Source of the DNA: Eledone cirrhosa
Lineage: Eukaryota
NCBI GenBank assembly: GCA_964016885.1
Contig: OZ024754.1
Coordinates: forward strand, 16,616,001 to 16,680,000
DNA: 64,000 bases
Reading direction: 5' to 3'
Below are positions 37,907-52,811 of the stretch, piece by piece. A program made the translations under genes and the position numbers. Positions within the stretch are counted from its first letter, which is position 1. Each line of letters opens with the position of its first letter. The notes beneath the pieces were generated by a model that was not told where the DNA came from, made no database searches, and was given only the letters and a program-made list of their open reading frames with translations.

Positions 37907-38555
37907 ATATATATATATATATGATAATAATAATAATGAAATTATTGTGTACAGTGCTCAGGTGCACTACAACTCATCAAAGGTGTATGTATAGTACATG
38001 GTATAATGTACAAATGTCAGGAAAGTGAAAAGTGTATGAGTCATGATATACATGTGTGCGTGTGTATGGAGGGGGGGATCTGGTGTAGTGTTGGTGGTTT
38101 TAAAGCATGGAGGTTTTAATGATGCGACAACTGATATTATCATCATCATCATCATCATCAACGTTTAACGTCCATGTTCCACGCTCGCATGGGTTTGGAC
38201 GGGTATATATATAGATACAGGTTGGGGTAGAAAAACCTCCCATATTTTACACATATACATTGTAGATTACTGATAAAGCATTTGTACATGTGCAGTCATA
38301 TCAATACATATTTGATAAAAGATATTATTATGCAACATAGTGTAGTCTGTTTTATATTTGAAGTGATATCATATAGAATCTTTCTAATCATCACAATATA
38401 ATCATATTCTATAACATAATTTATTAAGATCTCACTAGAGATGGTTATGAGGTTGTATTGCATTTCACTTGGGATATACAATAGCCCGATGTTATGTCAT
38501 GTATGAGTGTTGTATATACATGTTGAATACATAGACACACTTTCACACACATATA

Positions 38556-38594
<39 letters not shown>

Positions 38595-38781
38595 GTATAT
38601 ATATATGTGTGTATGTATATATATGTGTATGTATATATATATATGTATGTATATATATATATGTGTGTATATATTAGTATTTATCATCGTATTTATATAT
38701 ATATGTGTATATATATGTATTTATCATCGTTTATCTTCCATGCTAGCATGGGTTTAGTATGTATATATATATATATGTATG

Positions 38782-38814
<33 letters not shown>

Positions 38815-38821
<7 letters not shown>

Positions 38822-38972
38822 AAAAAGAAGAACAAGTCAACATCATTGGATACCATCAGAGTTCTTTTTGGTAAATATCATCTTGGTTAAGAGAGTGGGA
38901 CTGGCTTTGTGCAGTGCCTTTGCTCACTATAAAAGCTTCACGGCACAGGCATTGCTTTATATCTGCAGATCT
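38815..38972. mobile_element. inverted-plus-direct fragment of the 59280 family
   Basis: ~38815-38859 is the reverse complement of ~59551-59595. 38862-38970 matches ~59579-59690. Confidence 0.85.
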
Positions 38973-39031
38973 ATCTATGTATGTATTTATATATATATAT
39001 GTATGTAAATATGTATATGTATAGATATCTA

Positions 39032-39822
39032 TCTAGAGTGGGTAAAATTCCCGAGATCCATGGACGAGTTCTCTCCAGCGGTCTCTGTCCCTCATTATCG
39101 CTGCCATGTCCTGCGTCTCCAACAGACCAGTGTCTGTCCTTAGGGCATCAACATACGTTAACCTTGGTCTTCCTCTTCCAGTGTGTCCATGTAGAGGCTC
39201 CTCCATGAGTGCAATGTCAACTCTGGATGTCGGTGAGTATGTCCAGCTAACCTCAGTCTCCTCTGTGTCACTTTTGAGCTGACTTTTGGGAGGCTCCCAT
39301 ACAGCTCTGAGTTTTTCATCCTCAGTGTATACTGATTAATGTTCAGAGCCATCCTCAGCATTCTTGTGTAGCACCCATCCACCATCTGAGTGAGTTTCTT
39401 GGTCAGTGTCCAAGTCTCAGACCCATACAGCAGCACAGACTCCACTACAGCAATGAAGAGGTGTATTTTCAGGTCTTTACGAAGGTCTGACTTCCACACT
39501 GATCTCAAGCTGTGGCACGTTGCCCAGGCTCTGCTCTTCCTCTCAACCACATCATCTTCTGTATTCCCAATCTTTGCTCCCAAATACAGGAAGTCCTCAA
39601 CCAATTCTAGCGGCTTCCCGCCTACATTAGTAATCCCAACATTCTCAACATTCTCTACCAGATATTTTGTTTTAGTCTCATTCATTCTCAGCCCCACACT
39701 CATCGACACAGTCTCAACTTCCTGCATCAAATCCTCTGCCTCCTTCACTGTATTTGTCACCAAAACTATGTTGTTGGCAAATTCAGCATCCAATATCTTT
39801 TTCGCCTTAACTCTCCTGCTCT
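39032..39822 (-). mobile_element. RTE-like LINE fragment (second RTE family), frameshifted
   Basis: Degenerate FANNIVL (FADD), [14 protein letters not shown] and RRLRLAGH motifs. Confidence 0.9.
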
Positions 39823-39853
39823 GTATGTATATATATATATGTATGTAAATATG

Positions 39854-39948
<95 letters not shown>

Positions 39949-39978
39949 TTTTTTTTAATTTTATTTTTATTTTATTTT

Positions 39979-40017
<39 letters not shown>

Positions 40018-40027
40018 GTTATTGTTA

Positions 40028-42407
40028 TTCCTTGAATCTCAGTCATTGATGTTGGTTAACTGGAAAGTCCGTTGGATTGAATATCAAGCCACTACCTGCA
40101 GCCTCAGATATTCAGGACGTATCGGAGGGTTCTTGCTGTTCCAAGCAAGCATGCCTTTTGAAGCGTTCCAAAAAGCGTGAAGGGACCGATTTTCTTTAAC
40201 CATCCCTGGAAACCTTTGGAGATAGTCCCCAGTGCGCCTATGACAATCGGGATCACTTTGACTTCATGGCAGTTCCAAATCCTTTTTACCTCCCACTTTA
40301 GGTCCTGGTATCGGCTAATTTTCTCCCTCTCCTTCTCTTGCACTCTCGTGTCGAACGGGCAGGCCACATCCACAATCAGGCAAGATCTTTTTTCTTTGTC
40401 CATAACCACCAGGTCAGGTCTATTGTGTTCCAGTTTTTTGTCCGTCTGTATCCTAAAATCCCACAGCACCTTCACCTGACTGTTCTCCATCACCGCCTCT
40501 GGCCTATGCTCATACCATTTCTCAGAATGTGGTAGATTGTTTACTTTGCACAGGTGCCAGTGGATCACCCTGCCCATCACATCGTGTCTCCAGCCCTTAT
40601 AGTGGGTCTGGGCTAGGTGTTTACACTCGGACACAATGTGAGCCACAGTCTCCTCTCTCTCTCCACAGATCCTGCACAGTGGGCTAGCCTCCTCCTTGTA
40701 GATATGGTGCTTCAACCACTTCGTTTTGAGGGCCTGCTCCTGCGCAGCCATTAGCATTCCTTCTGTAGCCTTTTTGAGGTCTCCTCTTCTCAACCAGTTC
40801 CATGTCTGTGGATCTCTAAATTCAGTTTTCTCAAAGAAGGTACTATGAAGGGATTTTCCCTTAAGGCTGCTCTTCCTCCTTGATGTTATTTCCTCCTTGG
40901 ACATCCCCTGGCCTACTGTCCCCTCCTTCAGTACAGTTCTGAGCATTGGCTCCTTACTATAGGTCACGTATTTGTATAAGATGTTTTTCTCCATCTGAAC
41001 ACAGTCCTCTATGCTGATAAGACCTCTTCCACCCTCAGATCTCCTTAGGTAGAGTCTATCGAAATCACTCCTCTTGTGGAACATGTTGTAGATAGTCAAT
41101 AGCTTCCTAGTCTTCCTATCCATTTCTTTTTGTTCAGCAACATTCCATCTCAGAATTCCCGCACTGTACCTAATAATAGATACAGCTCGGGAATTTACTG
41201 CGCTTATGGCATTTCTGCTGTTCAGATGTGACTTCAATACGCTCCTTACTCTCCGAATGTATTCAGTTCTTAACAATTCCTTCATTTTTTTGTTCTTTAT
41301 GCCATCAGCCTCCAGAACGCCCAAATACTTGTATCCTTCCTCAGAGTCAATTTCCTTTATCATCTCACCTGTTGGTATCTGGATCCCGTTACTTCTGCTC
41401 AACCTACCCCTCTTCATCACAATGACTCCACATTTACCAATACCAAACTGCATACATATATCACTGCTGAAAATACGGACAGTGTCAACAAGCACATCCA
41501 ACTCCTTCTCACTTTTCCCGAAGAGCTTAAGATCGTCCATGAAGAGGAGGTGATTGATGGTAAGCTCTCCCCTTCCCAACTTGTATCCTGCTCTCACTTT
41601 TCGCAGCATAATGGTCAAGGGCATCAGGGCAAGGACAAACAACAGAGGGGACAGGCTATCTCCCTGGAAGATACCTCTCTTGATCTTCACGCTTCCCAAG
41701 GATACTCCAGTTGATGTCAACTCTGTCTCCCAGGACCCCATACTCCTGCCCAGCAACTGTCTGATGTTATCTGCCACCCTGAAGACCTCCAGGCTTTTGG
41801 TGATCCAGGAATGAGGCACCATGTCAAATGCCTTTCTGTAGTCTATCCATCCCATGGCAAGATCAGTGTGTCTCCTCCTGCAATTCCCCATTACCATCTT
41901 ATCAATAAGCAACTGGTCCTTTGTACCACGTGACTTCTTTCGGCATCCTTTCTGTTCGTCCGGTAACAAGTTGTTTGTGTGGAGGTGATGGTAGATTTCC
42001 TCAGACACAATGCTCGTCAACAGTTTCCACATTACGGGCAGACATGTGATAGGTCTATAGTTGGTAACATCATAACCCTTGATTCGGTCTTTCATTATCA
42101 GAACTGTGGTACCTTTTGTCAACCACTCTGGCACCTCACCCGACACCAAGCAGTCATTGAACATGGCCGTCAGCTTCGGGTGGAGGGATGTTAAATGTTT
42201 AATCCAATACCCCTGGACACCATCTGGGCCTGGTGATTTCCAGTTGGTTAGTCTTTTGGCTTGCCCCTTAAGAGTTTCAACTGTGATACTCAAATCAGTC
42301 TGTTGTTGTGCCTTCTCACCGATCTCCCTCTGTACTGTCTCAATCCACCCTGCCTGGGCATTGTGTCTAACATCCTGCTCCCATATTCCTCTCCAGAATG
42401 TTTTAGC
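40028..42407 (-). mobile_element. 5'-truncated R4/Dong-clade non-LTR retrotransposon inserted in (TAA)n
   Basis: RT motifs [17 protein letters not shown] and FMDDLK, CCHC knuckle, RHD and RPDLVV restriction-like endonuclease. (TTA)n on both sides. Confidence 0.95.
40104..42293 (-). CDS. RT plus restriction-like endonuclease ORF (open frame extends to the truncation at ~42407)
   Basis: Uninterrupted 729-aa ORF with the motifs above. Confidence 0.9.
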   Translation of the reverse strand: MSITVETLKGQAKRLTNWKSPGPDGVQGYWIKHLTSLHPKLTAMFNDCLVSGEVPEWLTKGTTVLIMKDRIKGYDVTNYRPITCLPVMWKLLTSIVSEEIYHHLHTNNLLPDEQKGCRKKSRGTKDQLLIDKMVMGNCRRRHTDLAMGWIDYRKAFDMVPHSWITKSLEVFRVADNIRQLLGRSMGSWETELTSTGVSLGSVKIKRGIFQGDSLSPLLFVLALMPLTIMLRKVRAGYKLGRGELTINHLLFMDDLKLFGKSEKELDVLVDTVRIFSSDICMQFGIGKCGVIVMKRGRLSRSNGIQIPTGEMIKEIDSEEGYKYLGVLEADGIKNKKMKELLRTEYIRRVRSVLKSHLNSRNAISAVNSRAVSIIRYSAGILRWNVAEQKEMDRKTRKLLTIYNMFHKRSDFDRLYLRRSEGGRGLISIEDCVQMEKNILYKYVTYSKEPMLRTVLKEGTVGQGMSKEEITSRRKSSLKGKSLHSTFFEKTEFRDPQTWNWLRRGDLKKATEGMLMAAQEQALKTKWLKHHIYKEEASPLCRICGEREETVAHIVSECKHLAQTHYKGWRHDVMGRVIHWHLCKVNNLPHSEKWYEHRPEAVMENSQVKVLWDFRIQTDKKLEHNRPDLVVMDKEKRSCLIVDVACPFDTRVQEKEREKISRYQDLKWEVKRIWNCHEVKVIPIVIGALGTISKGFQGWLKKIGPFTLFGTLQKACLLGTARTLRYVLNI

Positions 42408-42439
<32 letters not shown>

Positions 42440-42497
42440 TTTTTTTTTCTTTCTCCTCGTGCAATGGCCATACTCGATAACGAGGGGGCAGCCATCA

Positions 42498-42553
42498 TGT
42501 ATATATATATGTATATATGTATATATATATATATGTATGTATATATATATATG

Positions 42554-42586
<33 letters not shown>

Positions 42587-42951
42587 GTATGTATATATAT
42601 ATATATATATATGTATGTATATATATATATATGTGTATGTATATATGTATATATGTATGTATATATATATATATGTATGTATATATATATATATATGTAT
42701 GTATATATATATATATATGTATGTATATATATATATGTGTATGTATATATATATATATGTGTATGTATATATGTATATATATATATGTGTATGTATATAT
42801 ATATATATGTGTATGTATATATGTATGTATATATATATATATGTATGTATATATATATATGTGCATGTATATATGTATGTTTATATATATATATATATGT
42901 ATATATGTATATATATATATGTATATATATGTATGTATGTATATATATATG

Positions 42952-43014
<63 letters not shown>

Positions 43015-43097
43015 GTATGTATATATATATATGTATGTATGTATATATATATATGTATGTATGTATATATATATATGTATATATATATATATGTATG

Positions 43098-43130
<33 letters not shown>

Positions 43131-44122
43131 GTATGTATATATGTATGTTTATATATATATATGTATGTATATATGTATGTTTATATATATATATGTATGT
43201 TTATATATATATATATGTATGTTTATATATATATATGTATGTATATATAGGAACCAGTAAGACCCCGACAGCTGAGCTCAAGCCGTTTCGACGTCCAGAA
43301 TTAGCCGTCGAAACGGCTTGAGCTCAGCTGTCGGGGTCTTACTGGTTCCTATTACCCACTCTACTACCTCAAGTATTGAGTACTTTGGTGCGTTATGGTC
43401 CACCTGGTTCCTTACCACATTTCCTTCGTTATGTATGTATATATATATATGTATGTATATATATATATGTATGTATATATATATATGTATGTATATATAT
43501 ATATGTATGTATATATATATATGTATGTATATATATATATGTATATATATATATGTATATATATATATGTATATATATATATGTATGTATATATATATAT
43601 GTATATATATATATGTATGTATATATATATATATATGCATGTATATATATATGTATGTATATATATATATATATGCATGTATATATATATATATGCATGT
43701 ATATATATATATATATGCATGTATATATATATATATATATGCATGTATATATATATATATGCATGTATATATATATATATGCATGTATATATATATATAT
43801 GCATGTATATATATATATATGCATGTATATATATATATATGCATGTATATATATATATATGTATGTATATATATATGTATGTATATATATATGTATGTAT
43901 ATATATATGTATATATATATATGTATGTATATATATATATGTATGTATATATATATATATGTATGTATATATATATATATGTATGTATATATATATATAT
44001 GTATGTATGTATATATATATATATGTATGTATATATATATATATATGTATGTATGTATATATATATGTATGTATATATATATATATATTTATTTTTTTTA
44101 AATTTTATTTTTATTTTATTTT

Positions 44123-44161
<39 letters not shown>

Positions 44162-44263
44162 TTTTTTTTTCTTTCTCCTCGTGTAATGGCCATACTCGAT
44201 AACGAGGGGGCAGCCATCATGTATATATATATGTATATATGTATATATATATATATATGTATG

Positions 44264-44313
<50 letters not shown>

Positions 44314-44601
44314 TGTATGTATATATATATATATATATGTATGTATATATATATATATGTGTATGTATATATGTATATATGTATGTATATATATATATAT
44401 GTATGTATATATATATATATGTATGTATATATATATATATGTATGTATATATATATATGTGTATGTATATATATATATGTGTATGTATATATGTATGTAT
44501 ATATATATATATGTATGTATATATATATATATATGTATGTATATATATATATGTGCATGTATATATGTATGTATATATATATATGTGCATGTATATATGT
44601 A

Positions 44602-44634
<33 letters not shown>

Positions 44635-44679
44635 ATATATATATGTATATATATATATGTATGTATGTATATATATATG

Positions 44680-44710
<31 letters not shown>

Positions 44711-44809
44711 GTATGTATGTATATATATATGTATATATATATATGTATGTATATATGTATGTATATATATATATATGTATATATATATATGTATATATAT
44801 ATATGTATG

Positions 44810-44860
<51 letters not shown>

Positions 44861-45046
44861 GCATGTATATATGTATGTTTATATATATATATGTATGTAT
44901 ATATGTATGTTTATATATATATATGTATGTTGATATATATATATGTATGTTTATATATATATATGTATGTTTATATATATATATGTATGTTTATATATAT
45001 ATATGTATGTATATATATATATGTATGTATATATATATATGTATGT
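42498..45046. repeat. compound (TA)n/(TATG)n microsatellites with embedded short elements
   Basis: Low complexity. Source of the YIYI-type pseudo-ORFs. Confidence 0.97.
43247..43429. mobile_element. PLE-type micro-insertion: perfect 47-bp inverted repeat (12-nt loop) plus ~77-bp tail
   Basis: Arms 43247-43293 and 43306-43352. Each carries the HHR 3' half GAA-ACGGCU...AGCUGU-C-GGGG. Confidence 0.85.
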
Positions 45047-46719
45047 AACTTTGAATAACTTTGAAATGTTTTGGCCAGTATTGGCCCAGGCCATGTCTAA
45101 CTTAATAGCACCACCTGGCGAAGTCTTTCAATTCAGGATTTGGGCACCATGGCCCATTCGAGAAGAGAATTACTGTTTGCGGAGACATATCCGGGTGTGG
45201 GTGGTTTGTCCGGGATTACTTGGAGGAATTTGTCCAAAGACTTCTTGAATTTTGTGTGGTCAGTTTCTGTTTTGACGTGTCCTGGTGTGATGTTGAAGAG
45301 AGCAGGGCCGATTGAGGTGAAATAATTGTGCCGTATTGTTGTTATGAGTTGCGATTTAGATTTTTGAATGGGACGGATAGCACGGGGCCCAAGCCTTGGG
45401 TGTATCTTGAAGGCGATGCCAACATCATTTGGGCAGTGATGATGGAACATTTTCCACATCATGCAGATAATATAACGCTCACGGCGACGTTGGAGTGAGT
45501 AAAGTTTCAGGTTTTCAAATCGACCCCAGTAGTCAAGGTCTGACATGCCATCTATCTTTTTCGTGATTGCCCTTTGAGGAGCTTCAAGTTTCATGATACT
45601 TTGTTTCGTGTGGGGAGACCACAGTGGACAACAGTATTCAAGGTGTGGTCGGGCGAAAGTAGAGAAGAGAAGGATAATGGTGCGGGAATCTCTCGACTGG
45701 AAGGTTCTGAGGATCCAGGAACACATTCTGCGGGCCATGTCAACTTTGCTGCTTATATGCGTGGTCCAGCTTATGTTGCTGTCCACGGTTACTCCCAAGT
45801 CTCTGATGTTGTTAGATGCCACGAGAGTTTCCCCGGAGGGAAGGGAGTACGGGAGTTTCAGAGCATCCTCTTTTCCAAAGTGGATCAGTTCGAATTTGTC
45901 TTCGTTCAGTAACATGTTGTTCTTTTCTGCCCATTGGGTAACAGCCAGTAGGTCTGACTGAAGGCTTATCCGGTCATCCACGCCATTGATGACCTTTTGG
46001 AGCTTGGAATCATCAGCGAAAATTTTAATGTTGCTGTGTTTGATGATGTCAGTGATGTCATTAATATAGATGATGAAGAGAAGTGGGCCCAACACAGTGC
46101 CTTGTGGGACCCCACTACTGACTTTGGCTGGGCTTGATTTGACTCCCTCAACTACAACATGTTGGGTTCTGTTTGACAGGAAGCTCTTGATCCACTGCAG
46201 CAGCTTTCCTGTGACACCAATATTGGACAGCTTTCTCAGTAGAATGTTATGATCAACCCTGTCAAAGGCCTTGCTGAAATCAAGGTAGATAACATCAGTG
46301 TTGGAACCCTCTCCCAAGGCTCTCAAAATGTCATCAAAGTGATGCAGTAGCTGCGTCAGGCAATCCCTTCCATTACGGAATCCATGCTGGTTGGAGTTCA
46401 GCATATTGTTACTCTCAAGGAAGTGGGTCATTCGCGATCTCACCACTCGCTCAAATACCTTAATGATATGAGAGGTGAGTGAGATTGGACGGTAATTCAC
46501 GGCAAGGGATTTGTTTCCCTTTTTGAAAACTGGGACAACAGACTGGGATAGAAGGTTTTCTGGCACATATCCAGCATCCAGTGAGTTCCGCCACAGATTG
46601 GCAAGAGGAGATGCAAGTTGGTGTTGACACGCCTTCAAGACACAAGCAGGGAACCTATCGGGACCTACTGCTGAATTATGCTTGATTTCCTTTATTGCCG
46701 CCAAGACATCAGGGCTCCA
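45047..46719 (-). mobile_element. 5'-truncated CR1-group LINE with an open RT ORF (coding ~46719 to 45133)
   Basis: [37 protein letters not shown] and [10 protein letters not shown] motifs. 3' (TTCAAAGTTA)n tail. Confidence 0.93.
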
Positions 46720-47277
46720 TATATATGTATATATATATATGTATGTATATATATATATGTATGTATATATATATATGTATATATATATATGTATATATAT
46801 ATATGTATATATATATATGTATGTATATATATATATGTATATATATATATGTATGTATATATATATATATATATGCATGTATATATATATATATGCATGT
46901 ATATATATATGTATGTATATATATATATATATGCATGTATATATATATATATATGCATGTATATATATATATATGCATGTATATATATATATGCATGTAT
47001 ATATATATATATATGCATGTATATATATATATATATGCATGTATATATATATATATGCATGTATATATATATATATGTATATATATATGTATGTTTATAT
47101 ATATGTATGTATATACATATGTATGTATATATATATGTATGTATATATGTATGTATATATATATATGTATGTATATATATATATATGTATGTATATATAT
47201 ATATATGTATGTATATATATATATATATGTATGTATGTATATATGTATGTATGTATATATATATATATATATGTATG

Positions 47278-47309
<32 letters not shown>

Positions 47310-47333
47310 TGTATGTATATATATATATGTATG
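46720..47333. repeat. compound TA microsatellite
   Basis: Low complexity. Confidence 0.97.
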
Positions 47334-47377
47334 TACGATATTAAATAAATGGAAACTATATTTATAAAACCATATTT

Positions 47378-47440
47378 ATTTCATTATACATATTTCAGGG
47401 ATACCAAATTAAAATACGGTATGCCTTCATCAGACAAAAT
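47378..47440 (-). ncRNA. type I hammerhead in the 3' pLTR, sense to the PLE ORF
   Basis: Reverse complement of 50442-50504. Confidence 0.82.
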
Positions 47441-48872
47441 ACAATATATAAACAGTTTTATAAATAATTTTGACGTACCCTATTAAATGCAACCATTATT
47501 TTTGGAAGCTGTCTGGATAGTGAGATGTTTATAATTATTTTATTAGTTATAGTGTTAAGCACAGTTAGAAAAAAGACGGAGAGAAAGAAAAAACGGAGAG
47601 AGAGAAGGAGAGAGAAAAAAAAGGAGAGAGAGAAAAGGAATGTATGCAGAAAAGAAAGATATATATAAATAGATAGGAGGAAATGAAAAAGAAAGAAAAA
47701 AGAAAGAAATAAGAAAGACAAAAGAAAGCAACAGAGAGATAATAATTCATCATACAGATAGAGAAACTCAAGAGAGAGGAAGTACTATATAGAGAGAGGA
47801 GGATATAGTGACAACTTTACTTCATGTCATATTAAGTTGAATTAACAATTCACATGAAATGAATAATAAATGTAAATATCAATATTCATGAATGAGACAT
47901 AGATATATAATATGAGAAAATAACATTGTTCAATAATGACCATATGTTTAGTTTAAAACCTTGAGGTCAATATACCAAAATCTGAGTTAAAACCTTCAAA
48001 AAATACCCTATTTATAAAAATACGGATACACATTTGTATATATATATACACGCATATGTACGTCCTGAAAAAAGAGAAAATTATGTCTACTCCAGTCAAT
48101 AATATAGACATACAAATGATTTCACTTGATCACTTCTATACATTTCTTGTGTTATAAAAATTTCACAGTATATATATATATAAAAATACGATTAATATTC
48201 ATGTCCTCATACACATGATTACCGTTCATGTATTTAATATTATGCATATCTGCACCACACATCAACATATACACACAACCATACATACAACATACATATG
48301 TATAAATAAATATCTGCGTGAGTTTTCCAGCATCGTTATGCATATATACAGACATATATACGAACACATAAATAAACTCTATAAACCTTTTATATGCATG
48401 TTAATACACACAAATGGCCTTTGTATAGAGATAATCAAATATCAATATATTAATACAGAAATATCAAAGCATTAAATATCTTTAACACACTATAGAGTAT
48501 CTCAGGTTAAAATAATATGTTTATGTTTTATCTATTTATTATAGAAATCTATCCTACCTATATCTCAAACAAGATATTGCAAGGGTAGACATATGAAAGT
48601 TATTGGAAGCTATCAGAGTAAAAAAACAAATAAAAAACAAAAATAATTTAAAAGATTTAGAAGACCCAGTGATTCTACGGATGCCCTTATATTTAGTATA
48701 GAAATTTATCTTACGTAAATTTTATTTAATACATTGGGAACATATACATTTTAGAGTAATTTATTATATCCTTGTTTATATTTATGAAGAAAGTTTAAAA
48801 AGAAAAAGGTGAAGGAATCTAATGATTTATCGTCAGGTTTCATATATTAACTAAATTTCTTAATTAATTATA

Positions 48873-50287
48873 CTACATTTTAAATTTATATTTATATTTA
48901 AACGTTGAGTTCAATCTATGTCTGCAGCAACTGAATAAATTGCTCCTTAAATTAAGGGAATTTTTGGACTTTAATATAAAGAATATTTCTTCTATACAAA
49001 GATCACAACTCTCTGATGAGGAATTAAAAGGAATACCTTTTGAGACAATATTCCAAATCATCGAATATTTAACATTATCTCGTTTAAGGTACCAGAGTAG
49101 GCTAGATAGCGAAGTTGAGGATTTTTTGTTTGGATCTGTGAAAGAATTCTTATGATTATTGAAGCGAAGTTTAAATTCTGTCGAGGTGGAACCAACATAG
49201 TTGAAAGAATTTAAATTAGTTTTAACATTACAATTGTACACTACATTTTTAGCTAAGCAGTTGTTATTTAACGGACAGTTAGATTTATTTCTACAGTTAC
49301 AGTTATTTACTTGAATATTGTTTGGGTTATTATTGGTATTTTGGTTAGGTTTTAAATTCCTATTATTAATTCTGTTAATATTTTGTGCTAAATTTTTGGT
49401 GGACGAGTAAGTTAATTTTATAGTGTGTCTATTAAAAATTGAGTGATATTTGTGTGTTCTAGGGAAGCGTTTGTCAAGAGCATTAAAGAATAGTTTAGCA
49501 ATATGGGTTTTAATATTTAGTGAGAAAGGGGGCAAACCATAAAATATTTCTAGTTCTATTTCTTTTTCGGCTTTTGGAATTATTGTAATGTTTTCTATTA
49601 CAGTTGTTAAAGTTGTTACCGTAATTAAAATTGTTATTATTTTGGTTAGTTTGCTTATTATTATCGATGTATTTAATTTTATCTCTATTTCCTGCTCTAG
49701 CAAACGCTTCATTGTAATACTGCGCTTTTTCATCAAAAATATTTTTATTAGATGAAATTCTTGAAATTCGTTCTTGAACAGAGTTCACTATAGTATTTTT
49801 AACAGATCTGGGGGTGATTAGAGTTAAAATTGACATAATTCAAGTTCTCATTTAGTTTGTGAAATGGATAGTGAAGACATGTGTTGAGATTTAGTGTTAC
49901 ATCCAGAAAATTGACTATTCTATGGTTATTCTCTATTTCTATTTTTAGATTAAGGTAACTAAAAAATTGTATAATTTGTTTTCTTTTTCTATTTAGTTCA
50001 CAGCTATTATTTTCAATAAGTAAAAGGATGTCATCACAATATAATCCTCCGGTTACACCTGATATTTTTCTATGTAGCGAATTAATTATAAATAGGCCCA
50101 CAAGGTCCGTTACCTGAGCTGAGTCAGATGATCCCATAGTTATGTCGAAATTATTATCTCTATCTGCCCTAGTCCATAGTTGGTTATTAAATTCTATCAA
50201 TGTTTTCCTTGCCGATAATATAATGTGCATTTCATTGCTAGTTAGGTCGGTATGTTTAAATGCGTAATTTAGTGCCTTATTCAGTAG
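48873..50287 (-). pseudogene. PLE reverse transcriptase plus C-terminal GIY-YIG endonuclease, two frameshifts
   Basis: FDITMGS..AQVTDLVG, GLYCDDIL (normally YRDD), VNFLDVTL, SNHP, CNCR..NCPLNNNCL.KNVVY...YVGST..FK.RF.NH and CDLCIEE. Confidence 0.9.
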
Positions 50288-50441
50288 ATTTTTTCTTTCT
50301 CTCCGTCTTTTTTCTAACTGTGCTTAACACTATAACTAATAAAATAATTATAAACATCTCACTATCCAGACAGCTTCCAAAAATAATGGTCGCATCTAAT
50401 AGGGTACGTCAAAATTATTTATAAAACTGTTTATATATTGT

Positions 50442-50504
50442 ATTTTGTCTGATGAAGGCATACCGTATTTTAATTTGGTATCCCTGAAATATGTATAATG
50501 AAAT
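50442..50504 (+). ncRNA. type I hammerhead in the inverted pLTR
   Basis: CUGAUGA at 50449-50455, GAAA at 50486-50489, near-palindromic helix III AUAUGUAU, AUA cleavage triplet. Confidence 0.82.
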
Positions 50505-50644
50505 AAATATGGTTTTATAAATATAGTTTCCATTTATTTAATATCGTATATCTACTCCAAAAACTTGTCGAGTGCTTTATATCAGTTATAAAATATTTAC
50601 TTGTTGTATCCCAACAATTTTAAATAGAACTTTTGCATATGTAT

Positions 50645-50762
<118 letters not shown>

Positions 50763-50782
50763 GTGTATATATATGTATATAT

Positions 50783-50925
<143 letters not shown>

Positions 50926-51345
50926 TAGGAGGTGAGTTTTATTGTAGTACAATAAAGCAATGCAGATATCGGATATATTATTAAACCCTTCAATATACAA
51001 ACCTTAACATTACATTATTTTTCTCTTCGTTAATTTTCAAATTCTTTTAATTTATACATTATCTTCCAACGGTTTTTCAACCTCTCTATGTAAAACAATA
51101 TATTTTTCTCAGTTATAAAAGCTATCTCTCTCTCTCTATCAGCCATCTCTCCTCCTATCTCATCCTTCCTCATTATACTCCTCCCCCTTTACTTTTTACT
51201 CTCATCTCCACTTTTTTTTCACCCCCCCCCCCCCCTAAAAAAAATTTTTTCCCCAATATCACACATCAATCTAAAACTACTTTTCATATGTTGATTTAAA
51301 ACTGCACTATCCACAAGTGTTTTTAACCTTCATATCATGTCCTCC

Positions 51346-51416
51346 TATTTTATCTGATGAAAACACAAATGTTATTACATGATGATATTTGTTTTTGAAA
51401 TGCGCATAATAAAATA
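51346..51416 (+). ncRNA. type I hammerhead with a perfectly palindromic minimal helix III, at the 3' end of a ~520-bp insertion (~50923-51450)
   Basis: UAUUUUAU-CUGAUGA-AAAcACAAAUGUUAU...AUGAUAUUUGUuUUU-GAA-AUGCGCAU-A-AUAAAAUA. Confidence 0.88.
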
Positions 51417-51449
51417 CATGGAACTCATTTAACCATCTTTTGATCTTAT

Positions 51450-52550
<1,101 letters not shown>

Positions 52551-52766
52551 GTTAAAAATGTACATCTACATATGCATACTGAAATACTAGTGTGTATATG
52601 AATACACACACGTATACATATGTAGGTGTACCAAGTCTTTCACTGGTCGCTTTGCAGTGAGCGGCCAGCTATTCTGTATGTAAACACACAGACAAACCGG
52701 TTTTTAGAGTCATACTGGTTTTTCGGGGGAACACCTTCCCCCTATTCTCCAGAAAGCCAGACAAGG

Positions 52767-52811
52767 AATATTGAACTAGTTTCGTTGTTGTTACAACTCA
52801 TCAGCAATATT
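52767..52811 (-). ncRNA. type I hammerhead ribozyme, 467-bp unit 1
   Basis: AAUAUUG-CUGAUGA-GUUGU(AACA)ACAAC-GAA-ACUAGU-U-CAAUAUU. Helix I extends through UUCUCCAGAAAG/CUUUCUGGAGAA. Confidence 0.9.

Larger units (their letters stand above)
47334..50637 (-). mobile_element. Penelope-like element, 5'-truncated, with inverted pLTR (50290-50548) and 89-bp tail
   Basis: 47334-~47592 and ~50290-50548 are inverted repeats. RT and GIY-YIG frames lie between them. Flanked by TA repeats. Confidence 0.93.
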
